A stretch of 64,000 nucleotides of DNA. It comes from the human T2T-CHM13v2.0 reference genome, Homo sapiens. The DNA is taken from NCBI RefSeq assembly GCF_009914755.1, contig NC_060925.1. One strand, given 5' to 3'. Below, piece by piece: positions 16,053 through 36,441 of this stretch (positions within the stretch are counted from its first letter, which is position 1; every line of letters starts with the position of its first letter). The notes beneath the pieces were generated by a model. The model ran no database searches. It was given only the letters and a program-made list of their open reading frames with translations, and was not told the origin of the DNA. A program made the translations under genes and the position numbers.

Positions 16053-16446
16053 ATTACTAATATCACTAATATAATGCACGGTAGGGATAAAGCAAGATAG
16101 AGAGAGGGTATAACAGAGGGGCTGTTTTAGATAGGGGCATCAAGAAAAGCCTCTCTGAGGGTGTGATATTTGAGTAGAGGCCTAAATAAAGTGAAGAAAT
16201 GAGCCAAGTTGTTACCTGGTAGTATCATTACTGGCAGGAGAATAGCAAAATATAAATGCTCTAAGGTTTAAGCACACTTAGAAGGTTTAAAGAGGAACAG
16301 TATGGCTGGTGAGCTATGAGCCAGAGGGACAGCGATAAAAGACGAAGTTAGAGAGAAAGACAAGGATAAGATTATGTAAGTCTTTTATAGGTCCCAGTAA
16401 GGAACTTGGATTTTTATTAGAAGTGTAATAGAAAGCTAGTGGAGAG

Positions 16447-16784
<338 letters not shown>

Positions 16785-16939
16785 CTATAATCAAGCTGTA
16801 GTTTTATGGAGAGGACTAGTTCATTTACATCTTAGTGAGACAATCTGAACTTGGGGGAAGATGCTGTTTGAAGATAGTAGAATAGATACAGGGAAAAAAA
16901 GTCATTAAATAGTAAGGCTGAGAGAAGCCAAAGAAAACT

Positions 16940-16940
<1 letters not shown>

Positions 16941-16971
<31 letters not shown>

Positions 16972-16992
16972 ATATATATATATATATATATA
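16941..16992. repeat. (TATC)n(TA)n microsatellite
   Basis: Visible tandem repeat next to an Alu tail. Confidence 0.95.
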
Positions 16993-16994
16993 CA

Positions 16995-17291
<297 letters not shown>

Positions 17292-17409
17292 TATCTACTC
17301 ATTTTTATTATCTATGGTCACAAGTGAAATGTACCCGTATTTTTTCTTTTATTTTCTTTTTCTGATTTTGGTATCAAGATTATATGAACATCATAAAATA
17401 AGCAGCAAT

Positions 17410-17642
17410 CCTAGCTCAGTGCAACCTCTGCCTCCTGGGTTCAAGCAATTCTCATGCCTCAGCCTCCTGAGTAGCTGTGATTACAGGCATGTGCCACCAT
17501 ACCCGGCTAATTACTGTACTTTTAGTAGAGACAGGGTTTCACCATGTTGGCTAGGCTGGTCTCAAACTCCCAATCTCAGGTGATCCGCCTGCGTTGGCCT
17601 CCCAAAGTGCTGGGATTACAGGTGTGAGCCACTGCACCAAAG
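17410..17642 (-). mobile_element. Alu lacking 3' end
   Basis: Antisense Alu with no tail. Confidence 0.88.
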
Positions 17643-17677
17643 CTATCTCACAGAACTGTTTATGTAAGATTGGGATA

Positions 17678-18058
<381 letters not shown>

Positions 18059-18571
18059 CTAATTCAGTTTATTTAATAATTATCATTTTTTCAGGTCATC
18101 TCTTTTTGTACTCATTTTAGTACTTCATATTTTATATAAAATTTTCCATTTCACCTAAATTTTGGATTTTATTAGCATAAAGACATGGATATTTCATTGT
18201 TTATTTTGAAATAATTTATTAATTTATTATTTGCTTAGTATTATTTAATAATTATCTTATTACTTTAAAAATCTCTTCTTAATCTGTAGTTTTAAGTCCC
18301 TTTTTTTCATACCTAGTATTTTGTTTATGCTTACTCTCATTTTTTCCTGGTTTGACTTTTCAAGTAAATAGTTCTTATTCTTGTTGCTTGCCTCTGTCAT
18401 TAATTTCTGCTCTTTAATCTTTCTTTCTATTTTCAGTGCACTTACTCTGCGGTTATTATTCTATTTTCTTAAGTTAAACACACAATTCAATTATTTTCTA
18501 TCTTTCTTATTGTAGTGAATTCTTTAATTTTATGTTGCTTCCACATTCATTTTGAACATTTAATTTTCTCA

Positions 18572-19604
<1,033 letters not shown>

Positions 19605-19928
19605 TCAAAACACTTGTCTTCTAATTGGTGGACTTAAGACTACAAATTTCTAAGTATCATTTTGGCTGTATCCACAGTTTTAGTACCTAGCAATCTCATT
19701 TATGTTCACTTCTAAGTATCTGATGTTTGCTATTATGACTTCATTTTTACCCATAAATTGTTTTGAAGTAAATTATCTGTAGGATCCAAATGCATGGGGG
19801 ATTTGGGATATATGTTTTTATTATTACTTTACTTATAATTTTATTGCATAATGACCAGACAATGCAGTCAATATGATAGTGATTCTTTGATACTGGCTTT
19901 GTGTTCTACTACATGGTCAGTTTTCTAA

Positions 19929-20311
<383 letters not shown>

Positions 20312-21367
20312 TTAAATACATTATTTTCTGAAAGATTTTGTGTTCAATGTGGAGTTGGTCTATATCTTCTTGTAATTCTGTCCAATTTTGTAGACTTGTG
20401 CATACAAGCCTGCAATTGTCATATCTTCTTGGCAAATTGTCTTTCAATGCTATTTGCCTTAAATTCAATTTTATGTGATATAAATATTATTACTATAGTA
20501 TATTCTTACAGTTAATATTTCCCTGGGGTCACTTTCTTTTCCTTTATTTTCTCTGTCATTTCTTTAAAAGATGTCTCTTTGGTAAACAACATATGGCTAT
20601 TTTTGTAAATTCTATTTGAGAGTTTCTGTCTTTAATAGGAGAGTTTAGTACTTTCTTGTTCATGGAGAATTCTGATAAATTTTATTTTTCTTTTTGCCAT
20701 CATATTTTCTGTTTTCTATTATACTTGTTTTCCTGTGTTTCTGTTTCAGTTTCAAATTGCTGTTTGCTGATGTATTGACTGAGTTCCTCATTCCTTTCTT
20801 TCTTCTAGATGTATGCAGGTTATTTACTTCTTTTTTTTTTTAGTGTTTATTCTCTTTATTTATAACACTTATATTTAGATTTATGTTTTTAAAATACAGA
20901 CTAAAGTTAATCAGTATTTCTAGCCTTCTTCAACTGTAGTTCCCAATAACCACTATCTCTGTGTCGTCACCTCACCTCTACCCCAACTCAGTTTCTCTAT
21001 CTGCAAAACAGGTAATCGTATCTACTTGTGATTTATTATGATGACCTAATAAGATAACATATATAACAGGCTTGCCAAAAAACCTGGCTTCATAAATGTT
21101 AATTACTGTGTCACTGTCACTTATCAGTTTAGCTTCACACTTCCTTAACATCCTTATTCTCATAACTATTACCTATTTTCTATTTTGATGTTATCTATAA
21201 TTTGGAATCTGTCATCAACCATTACTGTAACAGTACTGAAATCTAGATCCCAGAAATGTTCTCCATCTGTCTCCAATCTTCTATTATTACACCTTTCCTA
21301 CTGTCTCTAAACCTGTTACCTAATGTCATTTCAACACTTAATCCCTGGGCTCCACCCGTATCTCTCT

Positions 21368-21752
21368 GCTATGAACTGAATTGTGTCCCCCTAGAATTTA
21401 TATGTTGACTCTCTAACACCCACTGTGACTGTACTTGGAGACAGCATCTTCAGGATACAATTCAGGTTAAAGGAGGTCATAAGGGCTGGGTCCTAATCTG
21501 ATGGGATTGATGTCCTTATAAAAAGATGAAGGGAAACCAGAGTTCTCTCTCTCTCCTCTCTCTCTCTGCCATATGAGGACATGGCAGGAAGTTGGGCTTG
21601 TAAACCAGGAAGAGAGCTTTCAACAGGAACTGACTCTACTGGAACCTTCATCTTGGAGATTTCCAAACTCAAGAACAAGGAGAAATAAATGCCTATTGTT
21701 TAAGCTACCCAGTCTATGGTACTTTGTTATAGCAGCCCTAGCAAACTAAAAC
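21368..21752 (+). mobile_element. MLT1A/B-type MaLR solo LTR
   Basis: tgctatgaactgaattgtgtcccc...gttatagcagccctagcaaactaa. Confidence 0.82.
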
Positions 21753-21762
21753 AGTTCCATAC

Positions 21763-22032
21763 CCACTCTGCTGCCCAGGCTTGAGTGCAGTGTTGCAATC
21801 TCAACTCACTGCAACTTCCACCTCCAGGGTTCAAGCAATTCTCCTGCCTCAGCCTCCTGAGTAGCTCGGGTTACAGGCGTGCACCACCACACCCAGATAA
21901 TTTTTGTATTTTTAGTAGAGATGGGGTTTCACCATATTGGCCAGCCTGGTCTCAAACTCTTGACCTCAAGCAATCCACTCACCTCGGCCTCTCAAAGTGT
22001 TGGGAATACAGGCGTGAGCCACTGCACTCAGT
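21763..22032 (-). mobile_element. Alu lacking tail
   Basis: Antisense Alu. Confidence 0.88.
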
Positions 22033-22389
22033 CTTTGGCCACATTTTCTATTTTGGTTTCACTTGTTTACATTTTTCCTACTTGCTGTCTCTTACTCCTT
22101 GTGCTTCCAATACTTCTCAAGTATCTTACCTTGACTTCTCCCTCAACTTCTCCTTCCTTCACCATCAAGTTTTCTGAAAATAACAGTAATCATTTCTTCA
22201 TTTCTTGTTTATCCATGAAAATCTACTATAATCGAGTTCTCATTCTCACCATTCTACCAAAAATGATTTTAACAAAGTTATTAATTACTTATATTCCCAA
22301 CCCAATGGCTTTTTTAATAATCAGCATCTTGGTTAGAATACACTTCAGTATTTTATACTGTTGGACATTTGAAACGAAAAACACATGTA

Positions 22390-22697
22390 GGCCGGCCAAG
22401 ATGGCTCAAGCCTGTAATCCCAGCACTTTGGGAAGCCGAGGCGGGTGGATCACGAGGTCAGGAGATTGAGACCATCCTGGCTAACATGGTGAAACCCTGT
22501 CTCTACTAAATATACAAAAAATTAGCCGGGCGTATTGGCGGGCGCCTGTATTCCCAGCTACTCGGGAGGCTGAGGCAGGAGAATGGCGTGAACCCAGGGG
22601 GCGGAGCTTGCATTGAGCCGAGATCACGCCACTGCACTCCAGCCTGGGCGATAGAGCGAGACTCCATCTCAAAAAAAAAAAAAAAGAAAAAGAAAAA
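22390..22697 (+). mobile_element. AluY
   Basis: AluY diagnostics; TSD aaaaacacatgtag. Confidence 0.93.
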
Positions 22698-23494
22698 CAC
22701 ATGTAGTAGTACAGAGACATATGATTTTGAATTACAGATAGGACACACACAAATGAAAAACTCCACAGGCAACTGGGACATGTGAGTTGCTAAATAGAGA
22801 TTTGTAAGTTATCTATACATATTTAGAAATTGAAGAGTTGAGGGTAGATATCAGGGAGAAGGTACAATAAGAAAGACTGCTGAGAAGAGAACTCTCCAGA
22901 ATACCAACATTTAGAGCAGGTGAAGAAATGAAGAGTTTAGGAAGGAATCTGGGTGAAGCAATCAAAAAGAACACCAGGAATGAGTTGGTATCTAAGAATA
23001 TTTTCTATACAGGAATAACTTAAGAAAAGGCCTAATCATCTTAATAAATAGGTTACAGGCTACCTGAGGACACAGCTTGTTTTTATTAAGTAATCAATAA
23101 GTCATTGATGAACTGAATCTTTCCTGTAATAATATGAAACAGTATAATTAACAGTTTGTTTTCTCCTTCCTAATTTTACTGTGATTTATAATAGAATTTA
23201 TAGTTGTATCACAGAGGCCACTGGAGTACTGCTTCACCCTTTCAATTAATTAGTGAAATCTGATTTCTTTTTTAAAAGGGCTTAAAATGCTTTTCAACTG
23301 TTACAAAGATTATGATTAAGAGTTTGCTCTTCGATTCTCAGAAAGCTTGAAATTCTGTTTTCTGAAACACATAATTTACTTTAAAAACATTCAGTTTACA
23401 ATTATAGGCACTCATATGGTAATTTTGCTGCTCTTAGTTTATACCATTTCTTCCCCTAGAAAGAAATTATATTAATACAAAGACTCAATTACCA

Positions 23495-23512
23495 GGCACC
23501 CCCTAGTGGCAG
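23495..23512 (-). promoter_or_regulatory. CTCF motif (reverse orientation)
   Basis: Reverse complement tgccactagggggtgcc matches the CCACYAGRKGGCRC core with one mismatch. Confidence 0.55.
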
Positions 23513-23646
23513 TAAAATCAAGTTAAGAAGTTTTTTTGTTTTCTTGTTTTTTAACAGGACATGGTTTGAGATACAGTTTTCTGTATGTATACTTCTTTAA
23601 CAAAACTTAAGAGTGAGACGGTTTGTCAGTGAACAATTTAATAACT

Positions 23647-23955
23647 ATTTTATTTTATTTATTTTATTTAGAGACAGGGTCTTGCTCTACTGCCCAGGCT
23701 TAAAGTACAGTGGCATGATCTCAGCTCACTGTAACCTCAAACTCTTGGGCTCGAGCAATTCTCCTGCCTCAGCCTCCTGAGCAGCTAGGACTACAGGTAC
23801 GTGCCACAACACCCGGCTATTTCATAAAAATTGTTTGTAGAGATACAGTCTCGCTATGTTCTCCAGGCTGGTCTCAAACTCCTATTGTCAAGTGATCCTC
23901 CCACCTCAGCCTCCCAAAGTGCTGGTGTTATAGGCATAAGCTACGGTGCCCGGCC
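23647..23955 (-). mobile_element. AluJ
   Basis: Antisense diverged Alu. Confidence 0.9.
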
Positions 23956-24385
23956 AACATGTTATTTTATATCTACATTATATTAAATGATTAATAATAT
24001 ACTGTAACTAAGAGTGAATTCACACACTGAAATTTCATGCAAATTCTTAAGAATTATAAGTGAGGTAATATACGCCAATGCAATAATATATACATAAACC
24101 TTCCCATTTTACTCTACCAATTACACAGTTGTTATATTCATTTGCCAATTCCCAAATATAACACTTAGAATCATAATTATCTTTTTTCTCCTTTTTAGAT
24201 TATAAATTAGGTTACAAATTACAAATAAGATTTCTAAGAATCCATCAATTGTAACAAAATTCTGCAAAAGCAAATCAGTTTGATTCATTATGAAGTCTAG
24301 TACAAAGCAAGTTTATCTGTCTACCATTTTTGATAATATGATATGCTATATAACTTACTAGGATATTGTTTGTTTGATTCTATTA

Positions 24386-24756
<371 letters not shown>

Positions 24757-26098
24757 TCACAACTTAAAAATAATTATTACCATCAACTTTTAAGGTTCTG
24801 CATGGATTTTGTTTTGTTTTTTAAATTGTCTCCCACAAAATCAGCTTTCAATATATATGCTATTTTAAAAATCTCTAGTTTTATAGAAAGATACATTGAA
24901 TAAACATACTAAAAGAAGTAAACCCTAGCTTTTAAGTTATGTGTTAATAAAAAGTACATTAACATAACTTTTACATTAGCAGGAGTCTCCATTTGTCCCT
25001 CCTCCCACTATGTTTTTTGTTCACCTTTGAACTTTTCTCTCTTATTCTTCCAATACAAAAAAAGAATCATTATAACTTGGTAAAAATCCACAAAGCCAAA
25101 TAGAGAAGTATATTTTAATGCTAGATAAAGTACTCATTCTCCAATAAACACTGCATTTCAGCAGCACTGTAGACTCCTGCTTGCCTAGGGAGTGAGTGAC
25201 TGGCAATCAAACTAAGGTCAGCTACATGGCAATGAAGAACGTTTCCATTAGCCCAGGTAGACATTTTGATAAATCCATTTAATCACGCTACTGGAAAGCA
25301 ACAGATTATAAACAATGACATCTCCTGTCTGCTTTTAATTATGTGGATTACCTATTTTATGACAGTGATTACACTTTGTTAACTAACCTACAAAATAATG
25401 TTCTACATGACTAGATACAGAACCATACCTATAACTATTTAACTTAATTTCATCTGAGGTTCACATCAACATTATTATAAACACATGGACCATAAGTTTG
25501 TAGTTTGTAATTTTGTAACTGTGTGCAAATTCCACTTCCCATTAACATACGGTCTAAACATAGAAAATAAAGAGCAATCCAAGAACTCTTTAAATTCTTA
25601 ACCCAAAACAAACTATTAACAGACCATCCAATACAACTACACAAGATTTAACTTTTTCAGTTCAGTGATTTCTACTTCAGTGAAGCCAAATTTAATTTTA
25701 TTTTTGCTACTATCTACCTAAAAATCAAGACATTTGGCAAGTGGTGGGGGGAAAGCTTGACAATGTTCAAAATTTAGGGACACAAGTCTCCCTACCACAA
25801 AAAAATCACCAAGTTGTTGTATTTAAAAGAGAAAAATTTGTATCAACAACAGAAAATCTAAAAATAAACATAGTTCTGGAATAATACTGTATGAAAAGAT
25901 TCCTCATAAAAATTATTATCACTAGCATAATCATCCACTATAGGTCAGTTTGCTTCATTAAACAATAAAAAACGTAATGTATAATTAAAAATTAAAATCA
26001 TGTGATCATTGTATAAATGTATTGAGTTCCACTGTGAAAACTGAAAAAACAATGAGACCCTCTATTCCAGAGAGAAAATCTTAATAAAAAATTTACAT

Positions 26099-26423
<325 letters not shown>

Positions 26424-26799
26424 TTACTCTGCAGAGCTCAATGAATTTTCCTCAAAGGTATGCTTTCTTTAGCAATGAGAGAGATTGGAACTCCATTTAT
26501 ACTTTCTCTTCCTTCCAACTTGGATCCTTTCCCTTCAGTCAGAGAAGTACCATTTTGACAATTTTTAAAAATTATACTGGAGTTATGCTAAAGACTTTAA
26601 AGTGGTATAAGAGGACTATACCGTTAAAACAAACTATCCAGAACAAACTGTTTCAAACCTGATATACTTCATAGTAGTTGGTAAGGTCAATTTCAACAAG
26701 ACTTGTATTTGATTTAATTTTGAGGTTTATATACAACTTAAAGCAATTTTAACAACTGAGTTTTTCATTTCATGTTCCCAGGAAATATAAACAACTTAC

Positions 26800-26891
26800 C
26801 CAGCATGACTAGATGATGAAGATGGTGGCAAATCTGGTGTAAGGACATAAAGACTGTTGTTTTTTGGCAAGTGTAGAGATTTTAGGACCGT
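26800..26891 (-). CDS. FAF1: FAF1 internal coding exon (probably exon 6, about aa 154-184)
   Basis: Minus strand reads tttttctttttcag|ACGGTCCTAAAA...CATGCTGG|gtaagt. It is 92 nt and translates TVLKSLHLPKNNSLYVLTPDLPPSSSSSHAG, the direct continuation of FAF1 after ...DVEDS. Confidence 0.97.
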
Positions 26892-27126
26892 CTGAAAAAG
26901 AAAAAACACAGCAAAAAATGAATGTTGATGTTGATTATTCATTATTGATTTTTCCTGTAATTCTTGAAAAATTGTTAATTTTGTAGTTTTTTTTATCTTT
27001 TGATAATTTCCTAAATAGGGTAATGCAAAAGAACTACTGAATCCAAGTAACCTTATTGCCCATATATATAATATATACATATATAGGGGAAATATGGTTG
27101 TATACCTATATATATTGTATGTATAC

Positions 27127-27430
27127 AACATTCAGGTTTATGCTAGTTTATTTTATATATGTATATGCATACATATATATGTGTGTCTATATATGTGCAT
27201 GTGTACATGTGCATACATATACATATGTACATGTGTACACGTACATGCATATACATGTGTACATGTGTACACGTACATGCATATACATGTGTACATGTGT
27301 ACACGTACATACATATACATATATGTGTGTTTATGTGTATGTGTATACATGTGAGTGTATGTGTATGTGTGTATATATGTGTATACACACATACACATAT
27401 ATAAAATGAACTAGCATAAACCTGAATGTT
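27127..27430. repeat. RY (TA/CA/TG) microsatellite with a 32-bp VNTR, enclosed by 36-bp inverted repeats
   Basis: Arms 27127-27162 and 27395-27430 are reverse complements (35/36). Inner unit gtacatgtgtacacgtacatgcatatacatgt occurs about 3 times. Confidence 0.9.
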
Positions 27431-28329
27431 AATATATAAACTCTTTAGCTCATGAAGCAACACAAACAGATAAGAACACAGTTGGGACTCAATTACTTTT
27501 TCACTGAAGAAGTATATCCTTGCAAATAATATATACTTCGTTTCAGGGTCATCATGGCAAAAATTGGCAATATAGGTTTTCAGAGATCATTAGACCTTGA
27601 AAAGATCACTGAGAGCACCTCAAGCCAACGATTTTATAGATGGGAAGCTATATAGCCTGAGAGGTTAGGTAACTTGGATGAGGTCTCTGGTGTTACCTAT
27701 ATATCTTTTACTCCAGATATCTTTTTTGTTAAAGCTCTCACTCTTTGAAATGAATAAATTACTATTGTACTACATATGACCTACTATCTTGATAAGCACA
27801 GAAAATTTCATTCACCAAATTTCTTTGCCAGAAAATTCACATACATTTCAAACTCCTAACCTGAAGGTAAAAACTTGCTGAAGTACTTCAAATGTTTCTT
27901 GAAACCAATACACATTAAGAAATACATTGTATACCTTTACATCATAAGCCAGGAAATGCACTTATCAACAGATATTTTTTGAGCCACCTACTCTGTATCA
28001 GGACTACTCTAGCCACTGAGAATATAGCATTGAACAGAACAGCCTAAAATAAAATTCTCTGATCTTAGGGAGCTTACATTTGAGTAGGAATAAATAAGTA
28101 ACCCTATATAGTTGAATGTTGAAAGTGACAATTTTTTGACTAAAAATAAAGCAGGGAAGGGGGGATAAAGAATGTGGGGTTGAGCTTAGCAATTTTAAAC
28201 AGGGCCATCAAGGTGGGTCTCACTTGGAGAATGTGACATTTGAGCAAAAACTTAAAAGGTGAAGGAAGCAAACCATGAGAATATATAGAGAAAGAATATA
28301 TTCCTTCCTGGGGAGGGGCAATCTTACAC

Positions 28330-28648
28330 AAGCATGGAACATATGGAACTTATTCTTAACCCCTCCATGAGAGGACCCAGCTTATTAAGTGTGCAGTCTT
28401 AATCCAAGGGTATTGAGACTTACTCTTGACTCATATTAGTTATGTGTTAAATGAAAAGAAATACATAATTACCCTTATTATTTGAAATACACTCTGGCGT
28501 TTCCTATTGTATTCTATTTCTCTTTTTTCATTTCTTTCTTCTTCTGTTTTGTTTGTTTGTTTTTGTTTAATGCTGCTGACTATAACCCACTCGATTAACT
28601 TCCCAATCCACTAATGGTTTATGGTCCATAGTTTGAAAAAAACATTGC
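28330..28648. mobile_element. hAT-Charlie DNA transposon fragment (MER119-like)
   Basis: Terminus ...cccact...ccactaatgg...agtttgaaaaaaacattg. Confidence 0.5.
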
Positions 28649-28969
28649 ATTTGGCAATTACCTATAACTTTACAATTTACCAGGAGACATGGACATCCTG
28701 AAACTTTATGTCAAATATGTGATATCCTTTTGAAATTGATGAGTTATCTCTATAGAGTTAACATGCAAACAACACACACACACACACACAAATTATTTTT
28801 CTCTTTTTATCTTTCATTGTTTTACTTTGTGAATTATTGGTAAATGCTTGCCATTTGATCATTATTGTTCTTTTTCCATGCCACTATCCAAAGATTTTCT
28901 ATTAAATTTTCCCATCAAACCACATATGGAAAGATTAAATAAAATGGATACTTTCCTTAAGTTATTTAC

Positions 28970-29950
28970 TCATGCATTCATCCCATAAACATTTATTTCA
29001 GGTCTGTTATGCCAGGCTTTAAATATACGATGATGAAAGAAACAGATATGGTCCCTCTATTAATACTGGTGTGATGGAGAATGCTGGGATGGGACCAAAT
29101 TAGATACAGAAGCCTGTTGGAGAAGGTAACCTTAAGCTGAGACTTGAATGATGAAAAAGAGACACCCATGTGAAGAACAGGAGGTAAAGCATTCCAGGCA
29201 GTTGAATAGCATCTGTCAGACAAAGATGTAAAGAGCTTGAGCCTATTAAAAGATTTCAAAAAAGGTTTCTGTGGCTGGAACATGGAAAGTGAGAGTAAGA
29301 AAGGCTCAAGATGATGTTGTAGAGGCGAGAATGGGGTAATACAATAACTTTTAAACTATTGTGAGTAGTCTGAATTTTATTTGAAATGTAATAAAAAAGC
29401 TATGTTTTAATGGGAGAGTGATATAATTCAATTTATGTTTTTAAAAGATCACTCTGACTGCTGTGTGGAGAATGCACTGGAAGAAACACTGAAAGGAAGC
29501 TGAGACAACAATAATGAAGTTACCATATTGCTCCAGACAAGAGATGCTCATGGCCTCATGGCCTGAATTAAGCAGTTGCAACTGAAATACTAAAAAGTGG
29601 CCATGGTTGAGATACATTTTAAAGATCGAATCTACAGAATATAACAAAGGATTAGGTGCTGTAAGAAATGAGAAAAGACTGATGGCCAGTTTTGGATTCA
29701 GCAGTGGCTATAATCATTGTGCTACTTCTTGGGGGAAGATTGGTAGAGATATGGGATAGGAGGGAAAATCAAGAGTTCCATTTTAAACACGTTAAGTTTG
29801 AGACACCAATAAGATATACAAGTACAAAAGTCAATTACCAGTTTGGATATGTGAATTCAAAAAAGTATGAGCTGAAAATATAAATTCGGAGGCAATCAGA
29901 AAATTAATGTCATGGGAATAGCAGAAATCACCTAGTGAAGAGTACATAGA
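28970..29950 (-). mobile_element. L2 fragment
   Basis: catgcattcat, gcattccaggca, aaagatcactctgactgctgtgtggagaat, aagtttgagacacc. Confidence 0.7.
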
Positions 29951-29963
29951 AATAAGTAACTGA

Positions 29964-30275
29964 GGCTGGGTGCCATGGCTCATGCCTGTAATCTCAGCAC
30001 TTTGGGAGGCCAAGGCAGGAGGACTGCATGAGTCCAGGAATTCAGGATCAGTCTGGAAAACATAGCAAGACCCTGTCTCTACAAAAATTTAAAAAAAAAA
30101 AAAATTAGCCAGGCGTGGTGCACATCTATAGTCCTAGCTACTTAGAAGGCTGAGGTAGAAGCATCACTTGAGTCTAGGAGGTCAAGGCAGCAATGAGCCA
30201 TGATTGTACCGCTGCACTCCAGCCTAAGCAACAGGGTGAGAACTCATCTCATAAAAAGAAAAAAGAAGAAGAAAG
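29964..30275 (+). mobile_element. AluJ
   Basis: Diverged dimeric Alu. Confidence 0.9.
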
Positions 30276-30286
30276 AAGTAAATTGA

Positions 30287-30620
<334 letters not shown>

Positions 30621-30764
30621 GACTGATTCATACCCACAGGTTTCTCAATGAATGAATGAATAAATAACTACAAAAGCGAACTCATTTTGGTGTTTTCTTT
30701 CTGTCAAGGTTGTTGATTTACTCAGTCAGCACTTTTAAAAAGTTTTAATCCATGCATCAGCAGC

Positions 30765-31085
30765 AGCGGGGGATAGCAAACTATGGCCTGTGGGTCAAAC
30801 CCAGCCTGCTGCCTGTTTTTGTATGGCCTGTGAGTTAAGAATGGTTTTCACTTTTTTTAAAGGTTGGAAAATAAATCAAAAGAATATTTTATGGCATGTG
30901 AAATTACATAAAATTCAAATGTCTGCATCCATAAACATACTGAAACATAATTATGCTCGATGTTTCACATATTGTCTACGGCTGCTTTCCCACTAAGAGA
31001 GCAGTGATTAAGTAGCTGTATGGCACACAAAGCCTAAAATATTTACTATCTGACTCTGTACAGAAAAAGTTTGCTGCCACCTAAT
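30765..31085. mobile_element. MER58B-like hAT DNA transposon
   Basis: gcaaactatggcctgtgggtcaaacccagcctgctgcctgttttt...cagaaaaagtttgc. Confidence 0.8.
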
Positions 31086-31180
31086 CTAAACTTATCTGTA
31101 TCTTGCCAACCCAAACTTCCTGTAAATATCTCACTGAAATACTCAGAACATCTCCAAATTTCAAATGAACTCATATATAA

Positions 31181-31564
<384 letters not shown>

Positions 31565-31726
31565 AAAAGTTGAAAATTCTAAGTTTATGCCTGGCCATTA
31601 AAATGACCCAGTAACTAATGTGAAAACATTCAATAATTATTTCCACCTCAAACATCTAAAACTCTAGAACTAACTCATTTTTTTTCCTTCTTTCTCCACT
31701 CTCTCTGGAAGAAAAAAAAGTGTGTA

Positions 31727-32016
<290 letters not shown>

Positions 32017-32620
32017 GTGTGTAAAAAATGTTATATCTGAGGTTGCTACTGGGTTCCTAAGAATAGCAACTATTTCCTTAAAATTGCAATACTCTCTGCA
32101 AATTCTTAAAATATAATTCATTCCATGCACCTGCCACTATCCAAGTCAACAAGGAAAACAACATCCTTATTTAAATTCTCCAAGTTTAAAAAATTTCCTA
32201 TTATCTTTGTTCCATAATCAATACTTGACATAAATGTATACGCTGCATGTGACTTCTTTCGGACCAATATGTAATTGCTCAGAAAATTATTATTCCAGGG
32301 CATTCACTGATACTCTAGGAGGTTTGAGAAAAAGGTAAAGCCTCTCAAAAAAAGGGCCAAACTCCTTTAAAAGTTAGAAATAGGAAAAACATGCCATATA
32401 CTGTTTTCATTTACAAATCTACTCATTTACAATTGTTATTGGTTTATCATGAAATATTTTAGCTTAGAAAACACTACTTGCTGATTCCTTAAACTAAATT
32501 ACTATTGCCAAATCTACTACTGCCATATGTAACAACATTAATTAAAACCAATTTTTACATATCATTTAATCAATGGCATAACTTAATTTTCTTTTATTTC
32601 TATGCAATTAAGAAACTCAC

Positions 32621-32712
32621 ACTGTCTTCCACATCTCCCGTCTTCCAGCCTTTTAACAGCATTTTGGACACAGGTATCTGAAGTTCATTTTCTAGAATCT
32701 GTTTAATCTCTC
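32621..32712 (-). CDS. FAF1: FAF1 internal coding exon (probably exon 5, about aa 123-153, UBL1 domain)
   Basis: Minus strand reads ttcttatttatacag|GAGAGATTAAAC...GAAGACAGT|gtgagt. It is 92 nt and translates (G)EIKQILENELQIPVSKMLLKGWKTGDVEDS, matching FAF1 as I recall it. It splices in frame to the 26800-26891 exon. Confidence 0.97.
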
Positions 32713-32929
32713 CTGTATAAATAAGAAGAGATCAAATATTACTAACAAAATAACACAGTTAACATTTGTCCATATCCAGAGCTAACACTAATATGTGGCA
32801 TACAGTGTACAGTCAATGACATTTGTCTGATGAATATTTCTGTATCTATAAAATGGGAAATAATATTATTTATCTTATCTTGCCTTAGGATCTGAGGATG
32901 ACAAAAGATAGCATACATTAATGAAACTA

Positions 32930-33262
<333 letters not shown>

Positions 33263-33353
33263 AAAGCTAATATATAGATAATAATATATAGGAGACAATT
33301 TAAACTGTATTAAAGAGAAGAGCAACAAGAATTTCAGAAAAGAAAAAAAATGT

Positions 33354-36441
<3,088 letters not shown>

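Noticed and set aside
27056-27463. ORFs rich in H/T/Y/C/M
   Set aside because: Translation of an RY microsatellite.
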